64,000 nt of DNA from an uncultured Thermoplasmata archaeon (GTDB lineage: Archaea > Thermoplasmatota > Thermoplasmata > JAGHBH01). The notes below the pieces were generated by a model. The model was not told where the DNA came from. It worked only from the letters and a program-made list of their open reading frames with translations, and did no database searches. The stretch lies in NCBI GenBank assembly GCA_964601625.1, contig CAZROC010000003.1, positions 31,681-95,680 of the forward strand, in the 5' to 3' direction. This document shows positions 43,658-52,922 of this stretch, in pieces (within the stretch, counting starts at the first letter, position 1; every line of letters begins with the position of its first letter). A program made the translations under genes and the position numbers.

Positions 43658-46006
43658 TTACGTCGTCTTGTTTTTCTCTTTTTCTATCCTTTTCAGAAGG
43701 ATGGCGGCGCCTATTCCCTCTGCTATTCCCCTGGCCTTTTCCCACCATTCCTCCGCTCTCTCTGTTTCGCCCATGTCCCTATAGATGTTGGCCTTTTCAA
43801 GGTATATCTCCGCCAGGGTGTAGGGGCTTTTTGCTTTTTCCCCGTATTCAATCGCCTTTTCAACGTTTTCCATCGCCTGATCCCAGTTTCCCTTCAACCG
43901 GTATGCAATAGCATATGCCTTGTACACGCCGGAGAGGCCTATAGCGTCCCCTATTCTCTCAAGTATTTTAAGTGCGCCGTCCGCATAGTTTATCGCCTTG
44001 TCCGGTCTGCCGCTTCTGGCCAGCGCCTCGGCGGCGTTGAAAAGGGCCCATCCGACCATTGTTTTGTTACCTATTTTTTCCGCCACCGCCCCTGTTTTTT
44101 TGAAAAACGAAAAGGCCTCGTTCCATTTTTCCAGCTGGAGATATGTGTCGCCTATGTTGTTGTATGCACGTGCCAGCTCCCCATAGTTTTTGGTCTTTGT
44201 GAGGAGGTCAACGCTTTTCAGGTAATATTTGAGCGCTTTTTCAAGTTCCCCCTTTTCGTTATAGACGTTGCCAAATTCTATGAGTATCGGCCCAATGAGA
44301 TTTACTTCTTTCTCTTTTTCTGCCAGAGACAGCGCCTCCGAATACTTCTCTATGGCCCTGTCAAATTCTCCCATACGCCAGTGGACATATCCGATCCCAC
44401 GCAAGGCCTCTATTTTGTATTTCGGGGAACTGTATTTTTCCGCCATCTCAAGCACTTCTCTGTACAGTTTGCTGGCCTCCTGCCATCTGCTGGTCACCCT
44501 GTGGACGTCCGCCATCTTTTTCATGGCATCCATTTTTTTCTCCTCGTCCCCCGTTTTGTCAAATAGTTTGATGGCCTTTTTATAGCTGTCCAGAGCCGCT
44601 GACACTTCTCCTATGGCGCTTTCAGCATCGCCTTTTTTGACAAGAAGTTCGGCCATCTTTTTGTTCATCTTCTCCCGGGCCTTCCCCCTTTTGTTCTTTA
44701 GCAGTTTTTTAAGGCTGGAGGTGGCGTTTTCGTAATGAACACGGGCGTCAACGGGGGCGAGGGAGGACAGCGCTTTATCCCCCGCTTTTTCCTCAAACTC
44801 AACAGTTTTTTCCAGGTTGCCTGCCAGGGAATACTGGCGTGCGATCAGGTAAACATCCCCTCCCATCTCCTCAAGGGTTTCAGCCAGTGTCTCATGAACG
44901 CTCTCCGGGTCTTCCAGCTGGCGGTATACAAGCTCCCTTACCTCGGGATACTCAAATTTGAAATACCCGCTCTCATCCTCTCTGAGGAGGCGTGAAGAAG
45001 AAAGGTGGTCTATGGCGGCACGTGTTCTTGAGGGAGAAAGCATGCCCGATTTTGTCATGGCCCTTTCTATGGTTGAAATATTAAACCGGTCTCCAAAAGC
45101 AGAGGCGAATCCCAGTACCTTTCTAGAGTCGTGGTCAAGGTTTTTCACCTGGGAGAGTATTATCTCTTTCAGGCTACCTGGCAGGGGTATTGAGCTGAGG
45201 TCTATCTCCGTGTACCAGTAGGGGTTTGACCTGTCTATGTCCTCTTTTTCCATTATAGCGTTGACAACCTCCCGCACAAAAAGCGGGTTGCCCCGGGTCT
45301 CCTTGTAAAGACGTTTTATGAAAAGCGTGGGCATGTCCTTCACGCCGAGCATTTTTTCAACCATCTCCATGACGTCAAGGGCGTTCAGCGGACCCAGGGG
45401 AAGAAAATGTATGGACTGGTTCTCAGAAGATACCACGCTGTGGAGCGGGTGGCGTGGCGAAACCTCCTCGTCCCTGTAAGCCGCTATGCCCATTATCGGA
45501 GCAGAGGGCAACAGCTTCAGGAAGCTGGAGAAAAACGCCAGCGAAGAAGCATCAATCAGGTGAAAATCGTCAACCACTACCAATAGGGGGATGTGTTCTG
45601 CTATGTCCATAAAGATGTCGTTTATCGTTGAAAACAGGTCTTCCCGGTTTATTGAAGAGGCGCCCTCCCTGGAAAGAAGAGCGTTTTCAAGTGCCCGTAT
45701 CTTCTTAAGGGTTATCTCAAACTCATCCTTCTCCTCTTTTACGAGGGAGTGTCTGTCTGTCTCACCGTATTTGCGCAGCAGTCGGATAACGGACTCATAC
45801 GGCTGGTCTTCGGTGCTGCAGCGTGTTGAAAGAGTCCTGACCTCCGGGTGGCGTCTAACGAACTCCTCAACGAGGTGAGTTTTTCCTATCCCGGCGGGTC
45901 CTGTGACGAAAACCGCCTTGCCATATCCCTTTTTCACCTCTGAGAGAAAACGCTCAAGCTGCTCAAGTTCTTCTTCTCTTCCAACGAAGACGTTTTTTAT
46001 CATCAA
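43658..46006 (-). CDS. STAND-type AAA ATPase (AAA_16-like) fused to a long TPR array
   Basis: FVGREEELEQLERFL..VFVTGPAGIGKTHL (Walker A), VVVDDFH (Walker B), and a C-terminal about 400 aa of TPR-like repeats (..A..Y...G..Y....). Confidence 0.75.
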   Translation of the reverse strand: MMIKNVFVGREEELEQLERFLSEVKKGYGKAVFVTGPAGIGKTHLVEEFVRRHPEVRTLSTRCSTEDQPYESVIRLLRKYGETDRHSLVKEEKDEFEITLKKIRALENALLSREGASSINREDLFSTINDIFMDIAEHIPLLVVVDDFHLIDASSLAFFSSFLKLLPSAPIMGIAAYRDEEVSPRHPLHSVVSSENQSIHFLPLGPLNALDVMEMVEKMLGVKDMPTLFIKRLYKETRGNPLFVREVVNAIMEKEDIDRSNPYWYTEIDLSSIPLPGSLKEIILSQVKNLDHDSRKVLGFASAFGDRFNISTIERAMTKSGMLSPSRTRAAIDHLSSSRLLREDESGYFKFEYPEVRELVYRQLEDPESVHETLAETLEEMGGDVYLIARQYSLAGNLEKTVEFEEKAGDKALSSLAPVDARVHYENATSSLKKLLKNKRGKAREKMNKKMAELLVKKGDAESAIGEVSAALDSYKKAIKLFDKTGDEEKKMDAMKKMADVHRVTSRWQEASKLYREVLEMAEKYSSPKYKIEALRGIGYVHWRMGEFDRAIEKYSEALSLAEKEKEVNLIGPILIEFGNVYNEKGELEKALKYYLKSVDLLTKTKNYGELARAYNNIGDTYLQLEKWNEAFSFFKKTGAVAEKIGNKTMVGWALFNAAEALARSGRPDKAINYADGALKILERIGDAIGLSGVYKAYAIAYRLKGNWDQAMENVEKAIEYGEKAKSPYTLAEIYLEKANIYRDMGETERAEEWWEKARGIAEGIGAAILLKRIEKEKNKTT

Positions 46007-46204
46007 CCGTCCCCCGTGTGCATTTCAAACTCTTGTTTCATATTCTTTTTTGCACTCTATTTTTCGCACTTTTCTTTGCTCTCACTGCACAGGGCATAAC
46101 AGTTTGTATTAATAAATATTCCCCGACTCCCATACCGTTCTCATCTCACACATTTTTCTGTCCAATATCCCTATCACCCTTTATTTCCTAAAAACGAGAC
46201 AAAG

Positions 46205-46216
46205 TTTTTTTTATAA
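46205..46216 (+). promoter_or_regulatory. TATA-like box for hisS
   Basis: TTTTTTTTATAA lies about 25 nt upstream of ATG 46237. Confidence 0.4.
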
Positions 46217-46236
46217 CACAGGTTTTTGGGGCAAAC

Positions 46237-47583
46237 ATGACGTCCATCCAGAGACCACGGGGCACCAGGGACTTCCTGCCAGCAGAGATGGAGAGAAGAC
46301 GCCACATAGAAAAACTGCTGAGAGACGCCGCCGAGCGGTGGGGTTTCAGGGAAATATCCACCCCAACATTTGAAGAAGAGAGGCTTTTCATAGAACGATC
46401 AGGCGAAGGAATCGTTGAAGAACTCTATTCCTTTGAGGACAAAGGGGGCAGGCGGCTGGCACTGAGGCCAGAGTTCACAGCGGCCGTTATGCGTGTCTAT
46501 GCCACAGAGATGAAAAACTGGCCAAAACCGATAAAACTTTACTATTTCGGAAACGCCTTCCGGTATGAAAGACCCCAGAGCGGCAGGTACAGGGAGTTCT
46601 GGCAGTTTGGCGTTGAGACGATAGGATGCGCCACCCCCCTTGCCACAGGCGAATCTATAGCGCTTGCCATGAAAATGGTTTCCGCTGCCGGAGTAAAAGA
46701 GCCCGTTCTCCGGGTTGGACACGTAGGGATACTCAAAAAGATCATTTCCAGCCTCGGCCTGCCAGAAGAAAAACAGCGGGAGGCGATGCGGGCACTGGAC
46801 AAGGGAGACCGGGAGAACTTTGAAGAGGTCGTCTCCGCGTCAGAAAAACCCCTGTCGGAGATGCTCATTGAATACATGGAAGCCAGATATGATCTTGGCC
46901 GGGCGAAAGCGGTGCTGAAAACAATGTCCGGGGACACGGCCTTAACACAGAAAAACATAGACGACGATGTTGGTCACCTTGAAAATACCATTCGGGTGGC
47001 GGAGTCACTGGGATGCAAAAACATATCCGTTGACCTGGGCATAGCCAGGGGACTTGACTATTACACGGGGGTGGTGTTTGAAATAGACGCCCCGTCTCTT
47101 GGAGCGGAAAAACAGGTGTGTGGTGGGGGAGAGTACGAGCTGGGAACGCTTTTTGGACTCCAGCCCGTTGACAGCGTCGGGTTTGCACTGGGTTTTGACC
47201 GCCTGGTGCTGGCCAGCGAGGTGGACGTGGAAGAAAAAGCCCTTGATTTTTTCGTCATAGACCTCAGCAAAACAGAAAAAACCCGTTCCACAGCACTTGA
47301 GATTCTGCTCTTTTTGAGAGAACACGGGTGCAGAGCAGACATTGACCTGATGGAGCGTGGGGCGAGCAAAGCTCTCAAATACGCCTCTTCCCGTGGAACA
47401 AAATGGGCCATCCTGGTGGGCGAGAGAGACATTGAAAAAGGGGTGGTAACACTCCGGGACATGAAAACAGGGGAGCAAAAAGAGATGCCCGCGCCCGGAA
47501 AAGCGTCTGGACCGGAAGAAGAAGATTCATGGGTGTCTGGTTGGCTAAACTTTTTAAAACAGGTAGTGATTTCCATTTGGTAA
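46237..47583 (+). CDS. hisS: Histidyl-tRNA synthetase
   Basis: PRGTRDFLP, ALRPEFT, FRYERPQ.GRYREF, CGGGEY and GFALGFDRL class IIa motifs, plus an anticodon-binding domain. Confidence 0.95.
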   Translation: MTSIQRPRGTRDFLPAEMERRRHIEKLLRDAAERWGFREISTPTFEEERLFIERSGEGIVEELYSFEDKGGRRLALRPEFTAAVMRVYATEMKNWPKPIKLYYFGNAFRYERPQSGRYREFWQFGVETIGCATPLATGESIALAMKMVSAAGVKEPVLRVGHVGILKKIISSLGLPEEKQREAMRALDKGDRENFEEVVSASEKPLSEMLIEYMEARYDLGRAKAVLKTMSGDTALTQKNIDDDVGHLENTIRVAESLGCKNISVDLGIARGLDYYTGVVFEIDAPSLGAEKQVCGGGEYELGTLFGLQPVDSVGFALGFDRLVLASEVDVEEKALDFFVIDLSKTEKTRSTALEILLFLREHGCRADIDLMERGASKALKYASSRGTKWAILVGERDIEKGVVTLRDMKTGEQKEMPAPGKASGPEEEDSWVSGWLNFLKQVVISIW

Positions 47584-49086
47584 ATGGCATACAGATTGCT
47601 CTTGCCGGACGGTGAGCTTTTCTGCTCAATATGCAAAGCCCCTGTCACAGCCACCTCCACCGTGTGTGGCTCATGCGGGGCCACATTAGCTGATACGCTG
47701 CCAGGGAAAAGATGTCCCCAGTGCGGCACACCGCTCCCCGAGACCGCAAAAGAGTGCCCGAAATGTGGGATGGTTTTCAAACCCGCAGAGAGACCGCCTC
47801 CTCTAACGGGCGGGGACGAAGAGTTTCTCACAAAGCTGCTTGAGTGGGGGAAAAGGGTTGCAGAAAAAGAGAGAGAAACCCTGGAGGACAAACTTGAACA
47901 GGAAATAGCCACACAGATATTCCAGAGGGCTGTCCAGCGTAAACCCGCTGTCCTGGCGGAGGAGGTGGAAAAAGCGGCTGATGAAAAAAGGAAAGCGGAA
48001 GAAAGAAGTGAACTGCTTAAAAGCGTGGCAACTCCCATAGAGATTGCTGAGCTGGGCAAAGAAGAAAAATACAGGGAGATAGAGCGTCTTATACAGGAAA
48101 AAGAGAAAGAGCTGGCACGGCTGAAAGGCAAAAAGGGCGTGGCTGTTGAGAAAAAGCGTGAGAAACTGACCAAGGAAATAGATGACCTGAAAAAACAGCT
48201 TGACCGGATAAAAGAACAGACAGACAAAATAAAGAGGCTGGGGGAGATACACAAAAAGGCCTCTCAGTTGACAGAGGAAGAACTCAGAGAAAAAGAGCGG
48301 CAGCTGGAGATGCGTCTGGCAGAGTTCAAAAAAGAGGTTGAGAGGAGAGAGAAAGAAAAAGAGGAAATCAGACGCAAAATGGGAGAACTCGCAGAGATGG
48401 AAAAACGCCTCCGCTCGTGGGAGGCAGAGCTGGAGATAAAGGAAAAAGAACTCGTTGAAAAAGAGCGCGAACTCATGGAGAAGATGTCCTCTATGGAGGG
48501 GGGAGAAAGCAAAGTGAGAGAGGAGGCGGAGAGGGAGGGGGATGAGAGCGCTGTTAGGGTTACCGGGAGTATAACACCGGAAGAATGGTTGCGAGCACAG
48601 AAAAAGCTCCAGCAGGAAGTCTTCGCCCTCCACCTGGGTGTTGAGCCCGGAGAAATAGAAAGCAGAGACGAGGACACAGGCGGAATAGAAGACCAAACTG
48701 CCGCCCTTAAAAAGGTGATAGCAGAAAAAGAAAAGGAGATTTCCGCTCTGAGAGAAGAAATAGACGAACTTAAAAAGGCCATGGCGGAGGAAGGAAAAGA
48801 AGAATACCGGAAAGCTATTGAAGATCTGGAAACGGCAAAAAAAGACCTGGAAGATAGGGACAAGACGATAAAAGAGCTGAAAAATGAGATTAAAAAGCTC
48901 AAAAAAGAGATGGCGAAAATCAAAAAAGACCTTGAACAGAGAGAAGAGTTTGACGAAGATGTCAAAAAGATACTCAAGGTCCTTGACGACCTGCTTGAAA
49001 ATCTGCCCGAGGAGGTCGTGGATCGCTTCGCCCTGTCTGATGATTTCAAACTCTATGAAAAGGTCCTGGACCGGTATGGTCTGTAA
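47584..49086 (+). CDS. Double zinc-ribbon protein with an E/K/R-rich coiled-coil body of about 400 aa
   Basis: Four CxxC pairs in the first 62 aa (CSIC..CGSC, CPQC..CPKC). The remainder is heptad-like and charged. The ATG directly follows the hisS TAA. Confidence 0.7.
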   Translation: MAYRLLLPDGELFCSICKAPVTATSTVCGSCGATLADTLPGKRCPQCGTPLPETAKECPKCGMVFKPAERPPPLTGGDEEFLTKLLEWGKRVAEKERETLEDKLEQEIATQIFQRAVQRKPAVLAEEVEKAADEKRKAEERSELLKSVATPIEIAELGKEEKYREIERLIQEKEKELARLKGKKGVAVEKKREKLTKEIDDLKKQLDRIKEQTDKIKRLGEIHKKASQLTEEELREKERQLEMRLAEFKKEVERREKEKEEIRRKMGELAEMEKRLRSWEAELEIKEKELVEKERELMEKMSSMEGGESKVREEAEREGDESAVRVTGSITPEEWLRAQKKLQQEVFALHLGVEPGEIESRDEDTGGIEDQTAALKKVIAEKEKEISALREEIDELKKAMAEEGKEEYRKAIEDLETAKKDLEDRDKTIKELKNEIKKLKKEMAKIKKDLEQREEFDEDVKKILKVLDDLLENLPEEVVDRFALSDDFKLYEKVLDRYGL

Positions 49087-49143
49087 GACCGGCGTGAACT
49101 GTGACGAGACTAGAAAATAATGAGGAAATGATGAGGTGCTCTG

Positions 49144-52100
49144 ATGGGTCTCAGAGACAGAGCCCGGGAAAGACTTGCGGAGATGCAAAAAGAGGAAGAA
49201 AAAAGAGAGGAAACGCTGGAGGCAAAAGGGCCCGAGGAGAAAAAGATTCCCGAGGAGTTCCTCTCAACGCTCACATCCGTGCCCGGGGTCGGAAAGGCAA
49301 AAGCAGAGGCGATATACAGTGCGGGTTTTGAAACTGTGGAGGACATACTCGCGAGAGGAGAGAGCGCTCTTATGAGCGTGGAGGGGGTTGGAGAACAGCT
49401 CGCAAAAACGATAATAGAACATCTGTCCAAACAAAAGGCCGAACAAAAGGTAGAGGAAGAAGAGGAGAAAAAAGAGGAAATAGAAGAAAAAGCAAAGGAA
49501 GAAGAAATAGTCGGAGAAGAAACGGGTGTTGAGGGCGTGTCCGCTGCTGGCGAAGTGTCCGCCGCGGAAAAAGAAGCCATACAAGCCCCCACACAAGCTG
49601 TGGCCCCTGTGGCCCCCGCCACAGCGGGTATTGGTATCCCGGACTTTGACAGCATACTGGGCAGAATAAGAGAGCTTGAGGAAAACGAGAAAAAATATCG
49701 TAAAAGAGTTGAGGAGTTGGAGAAAGACAGAGAGACTCTTGAGAAAGAGAAAAAAGCCCTCGCCAAAGAAAAGGAAGAGGTGGAAAAACTTCGCCGCCGT
49801 CTGGAAAATGAGAGGAAAGAGATTGAAAAGCTCAGGGCATCCGTTGAGAAAGAGAAAAAAGATTTCACCAGAGAAAAAGAGGAATTTGAGAAGCGCTGGA
49901 AAGCCCTGGAAGAGAGGGAGAGCGCCCTTGAAAAGAGAGAATTATCTGTTGAGGAGAAAGAGAAGCGGCTCGGAAAAGCAGAAAAAGAACTGGAGGAAAA
50001 AAGGAAGAAGCTGGAAGAAGATTTCAAAAAGAAAGAAGAAAAGCTGAGAGAAAAAGAGGAGTCCCTGGAGAAAGAGAAAAAGAGGGCCAGGGAGGAGATG
50101 GAAAAGGACATAGCCGAGCGCCTGGCAAAGATTGAAGAGAAAGAGAAAGAAATAGAGACTCTCAAAGAAGTCCTTGACGAAGAAAGAAAACAGTTTGAAG
50201 AAGAAAAACGTGCGCTTATGGAAAAGCTTGAGGCCGAGAGGAGAGCATTTGAAGAAGAGATCTCGGAAAAGACAAAGGCCCTGGAAGAGAGAGAGCTGGC
50301 TGTTGAAAAAAGGGCGGGGGAGGTAGAAGACCGGCTGTCCAGGGGGCTTGCGGAGATAGAGGCGCGGGAAAAAGCGCTGGATGAGCGGGAAGCACGGCTT
50401 GATGAAAAAGAGGAAGAACTGCAACGACTCAAAGAGGGCATAGTCCTTGGAAAAGATGAACTGTCAAAGAAAGAAAAAGATCTTCTTGAAAGGAGAGAAG
50501 AACTTGAAAAAGAGTGGAAAAAACTTGAAGATGAGAGGGCAAAGATAAAAGAAGAAAGAAAATCTCTTGAAGAGAAAAAGAGGGCACTGGAAGAAGAACT
50601 GGAGAAGTTCAAAGCGGAGAAGAAAGAGGTAGAAGACCTCAAAAAACAGGTTGAAAAACGCGAAAAACGTCTGGAGCGGGAAAAAGAAAAGCTGGAAAAG
50701 AGACAGGAAGAACTGCGGGAGAAAGAAAAGGCCCTTGCCGAAGAGAAACGGGAACTGGCAAAAGAGAGGCGGACGCTGGAAAAAGAGAGAGAAAAGATGG
50801 CTAAAAAGGAAGCGGAGCTGGCCGATCTCTCGGCACAGCTCGCTGAGAGAGAATCTCTTGTTGAAGAAAAAGAGGGGGCCATAGCGGAGAAAGAAGAAGA
50901 ACTCGCCGCCAGGCTCCTTGAGTTTGAAGAAGAAAAATCCGCTTTTGAGAAAGAAAAAGAGGAGTTTGAGGATCTCAGAGAACGTGTTGAAGAGGAAAAA
51001 ACAGAGCTGGAGCGACTGAGAGAAGAACTTGAAGAAAAGAGAGCATCGCTTGAAGAAAGGGAGAAGGCACTGGAAGCCCGTGAAAACGAGATAAAGAAAG
51101 TACAGGAGAAAGTGGAAAAACTCAAAGAAGAACTGGGCGCCGCCAGAAAAGAGGTAAAAGAGGAAAAGAAGGCCCTGGATCGGGAGAAAAAAGCATTTGA
51201 AAAAGAGGTTGAGAAAAAGCGAAGAGAACTTGAAAAGCTGGAAGCGCGGTTGCTGGAAAAGGAGGAGGCGCTCCAGAACGAGAAAAAAGAAATTGAGAAG
51301 ATGAGGGGCGAGATTGAGGGGCTCAGAGCAGCGCTGGAAGAGAAAAACCGCGAAGTAGAAAGACGTCTGGCAGAGGCAGAGCGGCGGCTGAGAGAGGCTG
51401 AAGAAAGAGAAAGCTCCGTGGCGGAAAGGGAAAAAGAGGTTGAACGGGTCCTAGAAGACGTTGAAGAGAGGGAAAGGGAGATAGAGAAAAAACTTGAAGA
51501 CGTTGAAGAGAGGGAAAGGGAGATTGAAGAGAAGAGAAAAGACCTTGAGGCCGAAAGGCGGCGGATAGAAGAAGAAAAAGAGGACGTCACAACCCTCTGG
51601 AAACGCATAGGGGCGGAGTCCGTCAAGCTGGAAAACAGGAGCGCAGAGCTTGATCGCAGAGAGAAAAAGATAAAAGAAAAAGAGAAGCAGATCTCTGACA
51701 GGGAGAAAGAGATTGAGCAGATGCGCTCGGAAATGGAAAAACGCATGCGTGACCTTGAGAGGCGGGAAAAAGAACTGGACGAACAACTGAAATCTCTTAT
51801 GGAACAGGAAGAAGAGTACCGGGCTCATCTGGCTGTTATTGAAGAGAAACAGAGAGAACTTGGAGAGAAAGAGAGGGCTTTGATAGAAAGAGAAAACGCC
51901 GTTGAAGAGAGAGAAAAACGGATAGGAGAAATGGAAGCAGAAGCGGAGAGGATAAGAAAAGAGGCAGAAGAAAAACTCGCTCTCGTTGAAGAAAAAATAA
52001 GAGCCATAGAAGAAGAGGAAAGACACATTGAGATACTCAGAGAAGAAGCTGAGCGGGAGCGGGCGGCGATTGAAGAAGAGAAAAACATCCTGGCTGAGAA

Positions 52101-52740
52101 AGAAAAAGAGCTTGAGAAAATAAAGAAGGGTGCTCTGGCCCTGATGCGATATGCGAAGAGCGTGGAAGAGAAGAGGATAGAAGAGAAGCTCAGGAAAATG
52201 GAAGAGAAGAAAAAAGAGCTGGAGGCGCTACGCCACACACTTCAAGTAACACTCAAAGAAAGAGAAAAAGCCGTGGAAGAAAAGGAAAGAATGCTGAGAG
52301 AGATGGAATCTCACCTGCTGGCTGAAAAAGAGAGGGTTGAAGCGAAGGCGAGAGAAGTTGAAGAGGAATATGGTCGGTTGCTGGCGGAAAAGGAGGAAAT
52401 AGGGGAGATATGGGCCAGGATAGAAGAAGAGTCCCGCAGGATAGAAGAGCGGGAAAAATCTCTCAGGGACGCCGTTGAAGTGGAAAAGAAGCGGTTGATG
52501 GAAGAGATTGAGGAAAGGCGGAGAGAGGTAGAAGAAAAGGAAAAAGCCCTGGCTACCCTTGAAAAAACTCTTGAAAAGAAAGAAAAGACAATAAAAGACA
52601 GAGAAGAAGCCCTCAACCAGAGGGAAAAAGACATAAAGAAGAGAGAAAAAGAAATGGAGCGGCTGAAGAAACAGCTTGAAGAAAAACGTGCCCATCTGGA
52701 AAAGATGAAGGAAAGAATAGAGTCGCTGCTCGGAGAATGA
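49144..52740 (+). CDS. Giant (1198 aa) helix-hairpin-helix protein with about 1000 aa of uninterrupted E/K/R-rich helix (coiled coil or ER/K single alpha-helix)
   Basis: Two HhH-like motifs (LTSVPGVGKAKAEAIY, LMSVEGVGEQLAKTI) at residues about 40-95. An acidic/Ala-Pro linker follows, then a charged helix to the C-terminus. GAGGTG lies 7 nt upstream of the ATG. Confidence 0.75.
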   Translation: MGLRDRARERLAEMQKEEEKREETLEAKGPEEKKIPEEFLSTLTSVPGVGKAKAEAIYSAGFETVEDILARGESALMSVEGVGEQLAKTIIEHLSKQKAEQKVEEEEEKKEEIEEKAKEEEIVGEETGVEGVSAAGEVSAAEKEAIQAPTQAVAPVAPATAGIGIPDFDSILGRIRELEENEKKYRKRVEELEKDRETLEKEKKALAKEKEEVEKLRRRLENERKEIEKLRASVEKEKKDFTREKEEFEKRWKALEERESALEKRELSVEEKEKRLGKAEKELEEKRKKLEEDFKKKEEKLREKEESLEKEKKRAREEMEKDIAERLAKIEEKEKEIETLKEVLDEERKQFEEEKRALMEKLEAERRAFEEEISEKTKALEERELAVEKRAGEVEDRLSRGLAEIEAREKALDEREARLDEKEEELQRLKEGIVLGKDELSKKEKDLLERREELEKEWKKLEDERAKIKEERKSLEEKKRALEEELEKFKAEKKEVEDLKKQVEKREKRLEREKEKLEKRQEELREKEKALAEEKRELAKERRTLEKEREKMAKKEAELADLSAQLAERESLVEEKEGAIAEKEEELAARLLEFEEEKSAFEKEKEEFEDLRERVEEEKTELERLREELEEKRASLEEREKALEARENEIKKVQEKVEKLKEELGAARKEVKEEKKALDREKKAFEKEVEKKRRELEKLEARLLEKEEALQNEKKEIEKMRGEIEGLRAALEEKNREVERRLAEAERRLREAEERESSVAEREKEVERVLEDVEEREREIEKKLEDVEEREREIEEKRKDLEAERRRIEEEKEDVTTLWKRIGAESVKLENRSAELDRREKKIKEKEKQISDREKEIEQMRSEMEKRMRDLERREKELDEQLKSLMEQEEEYRAHLAVIEEKQRELGEKERALIERENAVEEREKRIGEMEAEAERIRKEAEEKLALVEEKIRAIEEEERHIEILREEAERERAAIEEEKNILAEKEKELEKIKKGALALMRYAKSVEEKRIEEKLRKMEEKKKELEALRHTLQVTLKEREKAVEEKERMLREMESHLLAEKERVEAKAREVEEEYGRLLAEKEEIGEIWARIEEESRRIEEREKSLRDAVEVEKKRLMEEIEERRREVEEKEKALATLEKTLEKKEKTIKDREEALNQREKDIKKREKEMERLKKQLEEKRAHLEKMKERIESLLGE

Positions 52741-52780
52741 TATTCTATCCTCCCACCCTCGCTCATCCTCTAATACCAAC

Positions 52781-52810
52781 ATTCATATCACACCAATTCA
52801 TATCACACCA
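52781..52810. repeat. Perfect tandem 15-mer x2 (ATTCATATCACACCA)
   Basis: 52781-95 equals 52796-810. It lies about 35 nt upstream of TATA-like TATAAAAA (52844-50) of the next gene. Confidence 0.85.
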
Positions 52811-52922
52811 TCGCCCCCCGTGTTCACAAATTAGGCAATAACTATAAAAATGCGCAATTGAACGGCATGTCCGGGCGACCGATTTCAGAAAAACGAGCCG
52901 TGATAACATGACAGGAGATGGT

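Noticed and set aside
47061-49188. Minus-strand ORFs 47061-48254 (397 aa), 47803-49188 (461 aa) and 48264-49049 (261 aa)
   Set aside because: They are antisense to hisS and the Zn-ribbon coiled-coil gene. They are low-complexity S/F/L-rich translations with the same purine-skew cause.
49110-51746. 878-aa minus-strand ORF (Ser/Phe/Leu-rich), the longest antisense ORF in the window
   Set aside because: It is the complement of the GAA/AAG/GAG-rich coiled-coil gene. It is stop-free only because of the purine bias. Its composition is non-protein-like (poly-S/F/L), and it has no start context or motifs.
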